Shown here: positions 29,998-39,700 of the stretch, one piece after another | Numbering within the stretch: the first letter of the stretch is position 1 | Layout: every line of letters starts with the position of its first letter | Assembly: GCA_963776275.1 (NCBI GenBank) | Contig: CAVZMI010000023.1 | Location: 32,001 to 96,000, forward strand | DNA: 64,000 bases | Direction: 5' to 3' | Source: Ignavibacteriota bacterium | GTDB lineage: Bacteria; Bacteroidota; Ignavibacteria; UBA10030; CAVZMI01 | The notes under the pieces: generated by a model | The model's database searches: none | Seen by the model: only the letters and a program-made list of their open reading frames with translations | Told to the model about the DNA's origin: nothing | Position numbers and translations under genes: made by a program

Positions 29998-32099
29998 AGC
30001 ATACAATGAAAAGTACCGGTTCAGAGAAGGACAATAAAGTTGTCGATTCTGTAGGACCAATACTCTCCATCGCATTAATATGTTTGGCTGGATTTCTTAT
30101 CTATTCGAATACACTTTCAAGTACTTTTCACTTTGATGATAGAACGTCGATTGTCGAGAACAGGGTTATTCGTGAAATCGATAATTTCCGATTGCTCTGG
30201 AAAAAAACACCGACCAGAGTCTTTTCATACTGGACCTTCGCTTTAAATTATCATTGGAACGACCTGGATGTTCTCGGATATCATCTCGTCAATATAGCCA
30301 TTCACATTCTTTCGGGAATATCTCTCTGGTGGCTGATTCAACTTCTTTTCAAGACGCCGGTGCTTAGAGAGACACCCGCCAGCCGTTACAAGAAAATACT
30401 TTCTCTTGCAGGAGCACTCATTTTTATAGTGCATCCGATACAAACACAGGCGATTACCTACATCGTGCAGCGTATCGCATCGCTGGCGGCGTTGCTGTAC
30501 CTTGTTACTATGTGTTGCTTTATCAGAGCCCGTCTGGAAAAACATAGCAGGAACAAGCGAATTATGTTCTTTCTGTTTTCATTTTTCTCGGCTATACTGG
30601 CGATATTTTCGAAAGAGACAGCATACACACTGCCATGCGCTATTGTATTGTATGAGCTGTTTTTTATGAGGGAGAAATCAGGAATCTGGAAACTCATCAT
30701 TCTACTTTTCGGCGGTGCGACGATTGTAGTACCGCTACTTCTTTATTTTATGGGAAAATTCCCGCCAGTAGATGCCCCGGACATTTCGCGAATAGAATAT
30801 CTCTGGACACAATTCGCCGTGATTCCCATGTATATGAGACTACTGGTGCTTCCTGTTCATCAAAACCTCGATTATGACGTGGCCGTGATAAAATCTCTTA
30901 CAAATCCCTGGGCGTTATCCGGACTTGCACTGATAATTGCCGTTCTGGCAGCCGGCGTCCTTCTTTATCGACGGCACCGTTTGCTCTCATTCGGTATTTT
31001 CTGGTTTTTTCTGACATTGGTGGTTGAATCGAGTATTATCCCTATCCGCGACGTGATCTTTGAACACCGGCTCTATCTTCCAATGGCTGGATTTTGTTTT
31101 ATTGCTATCGCACTTGTTGAGGGTGCAAACAGGTACGTTTCCCATTATGTTCTCCGTTATACTGTGGGATTCATCATACTTATTTTCGCTGTTACGGCAT
31201 ATGCCCGCAATGAAGTCTGGAAAGATGAGATTACTTTATGGAATGATTGTGTGATGAAATCACCGAACAAGTCGCGGGTATACCTGAATCGCGGATTGGC
31301 GTATCATAAACAGCAGATGTTTAATGAAGCACTGCGCGATTATGAGAGCGCTCTACGACTGAAGCCAGATAACTGGGCGGCATTGAGTAATACAGCGGCG
31401 ATTCTCGACACAAGGGGCGATTATGACAATGCAATTGCATTATACACGCGGGCGATTGAAGTCGGTAAAGGAGCGGGAATAGAAGTATATTTCAGCCGGT
31501 CTACGTCATATGCAAAAAAAGGTCTCTATGCGGAGGCACTTCGTGATCTCGATTTATTCATCAGATGGAGGACCGATATGGCTGAGGCGTACTATAACCG
31601 CGGCTGCCTCAGGCGCACACTGAAAAATTCCGACGGGGCAATGACAGATTTCATAAAGGCTATTGCACTCGATTCTTCCCAGGGAGATTATTTCTTTGAC
31701 AGGGGAGTTCTCTATCAGGAGGCCGGACAGCTCGACAATGCAATCTCGGATTACGATAAAGCTATTCAAAGGAAATCACACGGTTTCGACTGTTACATCA
31801 ACAAGGGATACATTCTGATGCAACAGCATGCATATAAAGAAGCAATCCAACAATATACTCTGGCTTTGGAGTATGATCCGAATTCGGTTCATGTTTTGAA
31901 TGACCGGGGATTGACGTTCTATGACGACGGGGACTATAGCCGGGCATTGGAAGATTTTAATAAAGCTATTCGGCTTGATTCTCTCAATCCACGATTGTAT
32001 AAGAACCGGTCTATTATTTATAAAGCTCTTGGACAAAAGGGTGAAGCTGACGAAGATCTTCGGAAGGCAGGTCTACTGCTAATAAACAAGCCAAAGTAA
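29994..32099 (+). CDS. TMTC-like GT-C membrane protein with C-terminal TPR repeats (putative protein O-glycosyltransferase), paralog 1
   Basis: FHFDD, GYHLVNIAIH, VHPIQTQAITYIVQR, SKE, EHRLYLP and RNEVW motifs, then about 8 TPRs. Confidence 0.8.
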   Translation: MKHTMKSTGSEKDNKVVDSVGPILSIALICLAGFLIYSNTLSSTFHFDDRTSIVENRVIREIDNFRLLWKKTPTRVFSYWTFALNYHWNDLDVLGYHLVNIAIHILSGISLWWLIQLLFKTPVLRETPASRYKKILSLAGALIFIVHPIQTQAITYIVQRIASLAALLYLVTMCCFIRARLEKHSRNKRIMFFLFSFFSAILAIFSKETAYTLPCAIVLYELFFMREKSGIWKLIILLFGGATIVVPLLLYFMGKFPPVDAPDISRIEYLWTQFAVIPMYMRLLVLPVHQNLDYDVAVIKSLTNPWALSGLALIIAVLAAGVLLYRRHRLLSFGIFWFFLTLVVESSIIPIRDVIFEHRLYLPMAGFCFIAIALVEGANRYVSHYVLRYTVGFIILIFAVTAYARNEVWKDEITLWNDCVMKSPNKSRVYLNRGLAYHKQQMFNEALRDYESALRLKPDNWAALSNTAAILDTRGDYDNAIALYTRAIEVGKGAGIEVYFSRSTSYAKKGLYAEALRDLDLFIRWRTDMAEAYYNRGCLRRTLKNSDGAMTDFIKAIALDSSQGDYFFDRGVLYQEAGQLDNAISDYDKAIQRKSHGFDCYINKGYILMQQHAYKEAIQQYTLALEYDPNSVHVLNDRGLTFYDDGDYSRALEDFNKAIRLDSLNPRLYKNRSIIYKALGQKGEADEDLRKAGLLLINKPK

Positions 32100-32169
32100 G
32101 GGAGAGACGTGAAGGTGGCTGTAGAGAAGGAAAAAGTAAAAATTAAAAAGTAAAAAGTTAACCCCGAGT

Positions 32170-33314
32170 TGTACTGCTAAAGAGTCAAGTTAACAGTTTT
32201 TGAAATTGTTGTCGTAAAGCACTATGTTTAGATTTAAATACATCAATCGGAATAGCCCCTTTTTTAGCTAGTCCGAAGTGAGCACGTTGAAAATTATAAT
32301 ACCATAAATATTTATCAAGAGCTTGTTGTAACTCTGGAAGAGAATTGAAGAATCGAGTACGGAACATTGGTTGATAGAACTCTTCCAGGATTGTTCTTTG
32401 AAAACGTTCACAGGTGCCATTAAGGATCGGCTTGCCTTTGGGTATTCGATTGTGCTTGATATCATAAGCAGCAAGCATACGCTGGAATTGACTGCCGGTG
32501 AACTCAGTGCCATTATCCGTCAGTACATACTCGAGATTGATACCGTTGTCGTAGAACTTCGGGATAAGCACATTTTCGACCAAATCGATCGTTGCTGATT
32601 GATCTTTACGAGTGTAGAGTTTTGCCCAGCCATAGCGAGAGCACAGATCAATACCAGAGATCTGGTAGATTCGTCCAACACGCTTGAGATGACCCACGTA
32701 AAAGGTATCTAGAGCGACAATATGCCCCGGCCAGAGTCCTTCATTGACTTTGTTGATCTGACGTTTCATCACGCGTAACGTTTGTTCGGTCAATGGTCGG
32801 TTGTCCATACGAGCACGTTCAAGATAGACCAATCGTTGATAGCGACGATTCAGACCAAAACGCTTTAGGTGGTACCAGAGCGCCACATGAGTAACGGAAA
32901 TGCCTTGCTGTTGAAAAATATAGGCATATCGTCGTGGTCCCCATGCTGGATGTTCTTGGACGAGTTCTAGTAAGAGTTTTTTCTTGCTCAGTGCCATCTC
33001 ATTGGGCATTTTAGGCTTTCGTCGTACCTTTGGAGCTAATGACCCTGTTTTGATGAACTGTGCTTTTATTTTGTAGAAGCTCGTTCGGCTCATCCCAAAA
33101 GTACGGCATGCTTGGCTCACACCGTGACGTTCAGCGTAGATTAATAACGATCGACGCTGGTTAATGATCAGATCGTCTGTGGTCATTGGAGATCTCCCGG
33201 TTGTCCTTGTGTCCTATCCAGACACAAGTATACGACAACTCGAACTCCTTCCAATGACCTTCATTTCAAAGAACAGTTAACTGATGTGTGTAAACACATC
33301 TCCTTAATAATACA
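32170..33314 (-). mobile_element. IS481-family insertion sequence (1145 bp) with 7-bp target duplication
   Basis: Ends TGT...ACA. Imperfect IRs TGTACTGCTAAAGAG / TGTATTATTAAGGAG. Direct repeat CCCGAGT at 32163-32169 and 33315-33321. Confidence 0.9.
32185..33186 (-). CDS. IS481-family DDE transposase
   Basis: N-terminal HTH (VSQACRTFGMSRTSFY). rve core with LDTFYVG, TDNGTEF, NGTCERFQRT and YNFQRAH. Confidence 0.9.
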   Translation of the reverse strand: MTTDDLIINQRRSLLIYAERHGVSQACRTFGMSRTSFYKIKAQFIKTGSLAPKVRRKPKMPNEMALSKKKLLLELVQEHPAWGPRRYAYIFQQQGISVTHVALWYHLKRFGLNRRYQRLVYLERARMDNRPLTEQTLRVMKRQINKVNEGLWPGHIVALDTFYVGHLKRVGRIYQISGIDLCSRYGWAKLYTRKDQSATIDLVENVLIPKFYDNGINLEYVLTDNGTEFTGSQFQRMLAAYDIKHNRIPKGKPILNGTCERFQRTILEEFYQPMFRTRFFNSLPELQQALDKYLWYYNFQRAHFGLAKKGAIPIDVFKSKHSALRQQFQKLLT

Positions 33315-33486
33315 CCCGAGTACACTGAAGACGTATCGAGTGGTAAAAAGTAAAAAATCTTGTTTATTGTCAAGAAGTCTATTATGCCTCGGGAGGAGCG
33401 ACTCCCTTGTAACATGCTCTTTTTTATTCGGCCCGTTCCGAGGGAGCTGTGCTCCCGAGGGTAGTTGGATCGAGGCCAAGAAGAAG

Positions 33487-33707
33487 TTGTGAATTACGAG
33501 TTGCGAATTGTGAATGGTCGAAGGTTGTTTCAACAGCCAGGTGGCCGAGCGTCCGCCCCGCTTTTAGCGGGCCGGAACGTCGAGGCCACCTGTGTAAAGT
33601 CGAAAAACACTATAGTTCAATATCTTTGGTATATGGATTGTTTCCCTTCCCGTCCTGTGGGCAGGACAGGACTCGGGAAACTGGCAATTGTAAATTGTGA
33701 ATTGTGA
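33487..33707. repeat. TTGTGAA-type heptamer tracts flanking an inverted TGGCC-TCGAC..GCTC-GGCCA unit with inner CCCGC/GCGGG palindrome
   Basis: The reverse complement of 33542-33588 reads TGGCCTCGACGTTCCGGCCCGCTAAAAGCGGGGCGGACGCTCGGCCA. Confidence 0.65.
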
Positions 33708-35828
33708 AGAACTCAATTAAAAACAAACGATCGGAGAATGATATAACAGCGACCGACGCCGTGGGGCCGGCATTTTCCATTGTGCTGTTGTGTCTGGCAG
33801 GAATACTCGTCTATTCTAATACGTTTACAAACTCTTTTCATCTTGATGATGCAACGATCATCGTTGAGAATAACACCATCCGTGAACTTGATAATTTCGA
33901 TGCACTCTGGCATAAAACGCCGACCAGAGTTTTTTCATGCTGGACTTTTGCATTAAATTATCATTTTGGCGGTCTAAACGTTTTCGGTTATCATCTCGTC
34001 AATATCGTCATCCATATTCTTTCGGGAATAGCTCTCTGGTGGTTGATTCAACTTCTTTTCAAAACACGAGTGCTGAGAAGAACTTCTGCCTACCGGTATA
34101 AAACAATACTCTCACTAGGCGGGGCACTCCTTTTCATTGTGCATCCGGTGCAGACACAGGCAGTCACTTATATCGTGCAGCGCATCGCATCTCTGGCAAC
34201 GTTATTATATCTTGTTTCACTGGCGTGCTATGTCAGAGCGCGATTGGAGCAGCAGAAAAAAAATATTAGAATCGCGTTCTTCCTTTCATCAATCTTCTCG
34301 GCATTTCTGGCAGTGTTTTCGAAAGAGACATCATACACGCTGCCCCTGGCCGTTGTATTGTTTGAAATCTTCTTTATGGACGAGGAATCCCGTATCCGAA
34401 AATTAATAATATATTTTGGTGTCGGTACAACAATAGCCGTCCCACTGCTTTTTTATTTCTTGGGGAAAATAGAGGTAACACAAACCCACGATATAACGCA
34501 GCCAATACCTGCTTACTCAATTCACAGTGATCCCTGTCTATATGAGATTATTGGTCCTTCCCATTAATCAGAACCTTGATTATGATGTCGCAGCGGTGAA
34601 ATCTTTTTCAAATCTTTGGGCGTGGTCAGGACTTACCCTTATCCTCGCTGTTCTAGCGGTCGGTTTTTTTCTCTATCGACGATATCGTTTACTCTCATTC
34701 GGTATCTTCTGGTTCTTCTTGACCCTGACGATCGAATCGAGCATTTATCCGATCACTGATGTAATGTTCGAACACCGGCTCTATCTGCCAATGGCCGGAT
34801 TCTGCTTCATATTTATTGCGCTCTTTGAGGAAGCAAGCAAAATTTTCTCTCGTCACGTGATTAAATTTGCCGCGGGGATAATCATTCTTGTTTTTGCCGT
34901 ATCAGCCTATGCCAGAAATGAGGTTTGGAAGGAGGAGATATCGTTGTGGAATGATTGTGTTGAAAAGTCACCGGCCAAAATACGCCCACACATGAACAGG
35001 GGAACGGCATATCAGAAGAAGGGAATGCTCGATAAGGCCATGCAGGATTATGAGACCGTTCTCAGATTGGCACCCGACAACTGGACGGCTTTGAGTAATA
35101 TAGGATCGATATACGAGATGAAGGGTGATTATGATAAAGCTATCGATATGTACACAAGATCCATCGTTGTCAATAAGGGGAAAACAGCAGAGACGTTCTA
35201 CAGCCGCGCCAATAACTATATAAAGAAGGGATTCTATGTGGAAGCAATTCATGATCTCGATGTATACCTCAGAAAAAAACGCGACAATGCCGGGGGGTTC
35301 TATAGCCGCGGCGGTCTTAAACGGCTGCTGCATGATTCAGAGGGAGCGATAGCCGATTTCACCCGGGCAATTGCGCTCGATTCTTCACAGGGCATCTACT
35401 TCTTTGAAAGGGGCGCTCTGTACGATCAGGCCGGCCGGTTTGATGAAGCGATGTCGGATTATGAAAAGGCTATTCAAAGAAGTTCCCATAGCTTCGATTG
35501 CCACATTAACAGAGGATTCATTCTGGCTCGACGCGGCAAGCTTAAAGAAGCGATCGAAGAATATACTCTCGCCTTACAGGATAAACCAAATTCAGTTCAC
35601 GTTCTGTGTGACCGGGGACTAACAAGATATAAGAATCGAGAATATCAAGAAGCACTCGACGATCTGAATAAAGCTATACAGTATGATTCGCTTTCTCCGC
35701 TGCTCTACAAGAATCGATCAATAGTCTACAAGGCAATGGGGGAAAAGAGAAAGGCCGAGGAAGATGTTAGGAAGGCGGATCTCTTACTTATAAGCAGGTC
35801 AAAGCCGAAGGGAAGAGCGGGACAATAG
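33704..35828 (+). pseudogene. TMTC-like GT-C + TPR protein, paralog 2, split by a frameshift near 34497
   Basis: ORFs 33704-34567 and 34527-35828 together align end to end with 29994-32099. ...HDIT/xSQYLLTQFTVIP needs a 2-nt correction. It could be a real lesion or a sequencing error. Confidence 0.8.
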
Positions 35829-35842
35829 AATCGGCTATTGAT

Positions 35843-35925
35843 AAGGAAAAAGTAAATCCTTCGACCCTTCGACTACGCTCAGGGCAGGCATGCTCAGGAC
35901 AAGAATTAAAAAGGAAAAAAGTTAA
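35843..35925 (+). repeat. Heptamer array with a two-level nested hairpin unit
   Basis: TCCTTCGAC[CCTTCGACTACGCTCAGGGCAGGC]ATGCTCAGGACAAG, with the same flanks as the 20472 nest. Confidence 0.85.
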
Positions 35926-36094
35926 CATAAACAGACCGACATAAAGACAACATAATACATTCAAACTTTCTCTTTTAGACTTTTTCTTAATTTCAAGCCA
36001 ATTGACTCATTAAAGGGAACACACACCATCTCACACTTTTTCCTTTCACCTTTTACCTTTTTCCTTGTTTTAAGCTTTTTGACCCCCATCACGG

Positions 36095-36241
36095 CCATTC
36101 GCCTGCTTTTTTACTTCCCGCACTTCTATCACCTGATTCCCGCACTTCACGGAAGAGCTTAGTATGAATTGAGCATAAAAACCCAATAAAATCGTTTAAA
36201 AACAACAATTTCTTGTTAATAATTACTGGCATAGTCTTTGG
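36095..36241 (+). promoter_or_regulatory. Putative sigma54-type promoter with upstream tandem activator sites, copy 1
   Basis: TTCCCGCACTT at 36115 and 36137 (22-bp spacing), then TGGCAT-N5-TTGG at 36227-36241. A related arrangement occurs at 46195-46355. Confidence 0.45.
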
Positions 36242-36321
36242 GTATATTTAGAGATAACTCAGGATATGCAGTACTCCGTTATGAGTTGAGGAGGTCGACA
36301 GGGGAGGGCTTCCTCGGGAAG

Positions 36322-36428
36322 AAGTTAAGAGGTTTGAGGTTGAAAGTTGAAGGTTTAAGGTTGAAAGTTGAAGGTTGAGGGGTGGATAAGGGGGCTTGCC
36401 CCGAGTCCGCCGGAGGCGGATCGAAGGA
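36322..36428. repeat. A(G/A)GTT(G/T)A heptamer tract and an inverted hairpin-family unit with TCCGCC/GGCGGA insert
   Basis: AGGTTGA AAGTTGA AGGTTTA AGGTTGA AAGTTGA AGGTTGA. The reverse complement of 36394-36428 is TCCTTCGATCCGCCTCCGGCGGACTCGGGGCAAGC. Confidence 0.7.
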
Positions 36429-36478
36429 CTAAGCAGCATTAAAATTGCGTTAATAATGTAATTCACTTAAAAAATCTC

Positions 36479-36789
36479 TTGACATAGATGTTGAGAATCT
36501 CTATATTAACACACATACTTTACGCTGGGAAGCTTACGATAGGGATTTACCAGGAAGCCGAAGCGGTGTGTCATATCTTATTTGCTAATCGATTTTTTCC
36601 TTTTGTAATTCGCAATAATATTATTTCATTCAATCAATTCACAACTTAATAATCACAGAGATAACTAAGGAGGTGATTTCTGCGCAACAAGGAATTTTGT
36701 TTTTTCTGAAGCCTTGATCACTTCAGAAGCCCAGGTTAGGGTACTATTTTCTGATCTCCTAAACAATACTCTATTTTTGGAGGAAACAA
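36479..36789 (+). promoter_or_regulatory. Near-consensus sigma70 promoter and long structured 5' leader of giant gene 1
   Basis: TTGACA(36479)-17 bp-TATATT(36502), conserved in copy 2 (46669). GGAGG RBS before ATG 36790. Confidence 0.75.
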
Positions 36790-39700
36790 ATGAACTCAAA
36801 AAAACTTTTGAAAATTGGCGTACTGCTGGTAGCAATGCTGATGCTCGTTGCGGGCACATCATTTGCTTCAACCAAGTATTACGTCAACGTTCAAACCGGG
36901 TTGGACACCAAAGATGGTCTCACACCGGGTAATGCAAAGCATTCTATTATGAATGCTATTGCAGCAGCAGCTCCCGGTGATACCATCAGCGTCGACCAGG
37001 CAAACGGGAATCAATATCTCGAGGATGTCTATGTCGACAAGGTGCTCTATTTCACCTCTACAACTGGATCTCCGTCAGTGACAAACTGGCGAGTCAAAAT
37101 TGTAGCAGCCGTCGGGTCGGGGATTACAGGCAATAGGTGTACTTTCCTCGGTCCGTATACGCTTACGGGCGGCCTGGAAATTGAAAATGGCGAAATCTAC
37201 GGCGGTGGCAATCTCACGGTTGGAACGCAACTTGTACGGTATGGCGTAAATACAAGTACGCCAACACCAAATTATAGCACAGTAGTCCACGGTCAGATTT
37301 TGTTTACCCCATATGTGGATTTTTATGATTCCACGAATGGTTACAACATGACGACTGGGGAAGAGATGCCGCCGACAGCAGTTAGTGCCATGCACAATTT
37401 TACAACGACTGGTTCAGGTACTGTGACGTTGAATCAGAGTAAATGGATGAATGGTACATTGACTACAGGCGGAGTGTTAGCCTTAGGTTCAAGTATACTC
37501 ACAATCAACGCTCAAAGTCTACTACATTCGGTGGGCGGCAATATAACCGGCGCAGCGTCGGGTGGTACGCTGACGTTCACAATGAACGGCCCCACGACAA
37601 TCCAAGGCAATACATATACGCTACCGAATATCATTACTTCGGGTGGTTCGTACTTACTGACAATCGACGGTGCGACTGGCGGGATAGGAAATGTTACGTC
37701 CGGTGGAACAACGAGCATTACTATTCTAAACTTTGTCGGTGCAGCATCGACCAATGTTCTTGGTGACGTCACGAATAACAGCGCCCCAGGGACTATTACA
37801 CTGACCCTTGCTCAATATATCAAATCGTTGACGAATACAGGTAGCGGTCACATTCAAGTGGATGCTGCTGCGGCGATAGATGTTTCCGGAATCGTTTTAC
37901 AGTCCGGATCAAACGCCGCAAACAGCTATATTTCATTTACTAATACTGCTGCTACGGTATATGTTCACGGCAGTGTTACAAATTCAAATGCCGGATATAT
38001 CCTTTTCAACAACACTTCGGATGCAGCCACAACGATTCGCACCGGCGCTGTTTTGCAAAGTGGAACCGGTAGAATCCTATTCAACGGCGGCACAACTGCC
38101 AGCAGCGTATCGAATAACCCAGCTAGCTCATTAACATTAGCAACTGGGACCAAAGCTGTAGGTGATAATTACGCCGTTATTCGTTTTACAAGTGGTACTG
38201 GAATTGTAACGATTAATGGAAACGTTTCGAATATAGTTACATTTTCAGGATCGGCTACATATACTGCTACAGGCACAACAAACTGGACACATACGGGTGA
38301 GATCACGTTTGCAGCGACAGCTGCAGCGCTGACCATTACTGGTTACATTGATGTTTTCGCAACGGGTAATTATAATGCAGTTAGTGGAGGTGGATCTGCA
38401 CTCAATGCGACAGTGAGCACCAACGGTTCTGTCATTATTGCCTCTGTAGGCGGTAATGTAGCTATTAATGGCGGGATTAGAGACCGTACAAACTGGCCGA
38501 CTATTTCCAATGTCACATCTGTCGGTAATGGTATGGTCGACATATCGGCACGTACGACTGGTCATCTCGGTGAATCAGGTACACGCATTGGCGCGATTTC
38601 GAACACATCGTCAACGACAGGTGACTTGGTGCACGGCAATATTCTTCTTGGCGGTACACCAGACGGAGTTCCTTTCTACGGGTCCTCGATGATCTCGACC
38701 GGAGGACACGGCGGTCAGATACTTCTTGGTAACCAAACAGTTGATATGTCCCAGGGCGTTCTCAATCAACGCACGGAAAGTGCCTATCATATCCAATTTG
38801 GAAGTGCGCCGACACCGGGTATTGCTGTGTCGATCAGCGGCAATGTTCAGAATACAGGTAAATCGACAATTTATTTCAAGGTATTCCAGGGAAATGGCGG
38901 TGAGAATTTCCTGGCCGGGGGACTTATTTCAAGCGGTGCAAGCGGTAATATTCTTGTAGATGGTCCTTGCACAGATGCGAATGGACAATTCCGGCTTGGC
39001 AGTATCACACTTTCGAATGGTACTATTACTCTTGGAGACAGCGTAAGTGGACCCATAATGAATGTAATTGTCAGCACGCTCTACGGTACTGGCAATGTGA
39101 GTTTCACAGGAGGCACATTCAAAATGGGTACAACGGTTGCTCCTTGCGGTCGCCTTCTTGTACTCGATGGATACGCTCACAAATTCAGCTCTCCGACTAC
39201 AAGAACAGATTTCACTAGCGATAAAAACTGTCAGCTCCTTGTCCAGCGTGTTTCATCTTTCGTTGCGGCACAGACACTGACAGGCGACCTGACAGAAACT
39301 GTATGGCCGGGTACGTTATATATTAATAACCTTACCGGAGTTCCCGATAGCGACGCCGTGAAATTCGACGGCGGTAATTTCCGCATTCTGGATTCCGTGA
39401 ACTTCATGGCCGGCAAAGTCAGCATTAACAATATGCACATATTCATCGGCGGTCAGATACCCGGACCTACCGGTGTTGGAAACTTTATAAACGTTTCAAG
39501 TTACCACACAATAGCAGATGGATTTATTACCATGAATGGTAATAATGAAAGTGCTCCGGGACAGACAGTCGCTGGAGCCGGTTCATTCGGTAATTTTGAA
39601 GTTGATGTTGATTCTATCGTGACAGTAGAACCTAGTACTGGTCCATTCACGGCGATCTTCGGTCTTACAAAAGGTCGTGTATATGGTGGAACGGACGTTA

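Noticed and set aside
35925-36075. Possible further four-helix-bundle remnant between inverted heptamer tracts
   Set aside because: Inverted AAGGAAA/TTTCCTT tracts are visible, but the enclosed ~110 bp gives no convincing protein similarity.
36508-36575. Known riboswitch (cobalamin, c-di-GMP) in the leader
   Set aside because: GGGAAG is present, but the other conserved core motifs and the expected length are missing. Kept only as an unknown structured leader.
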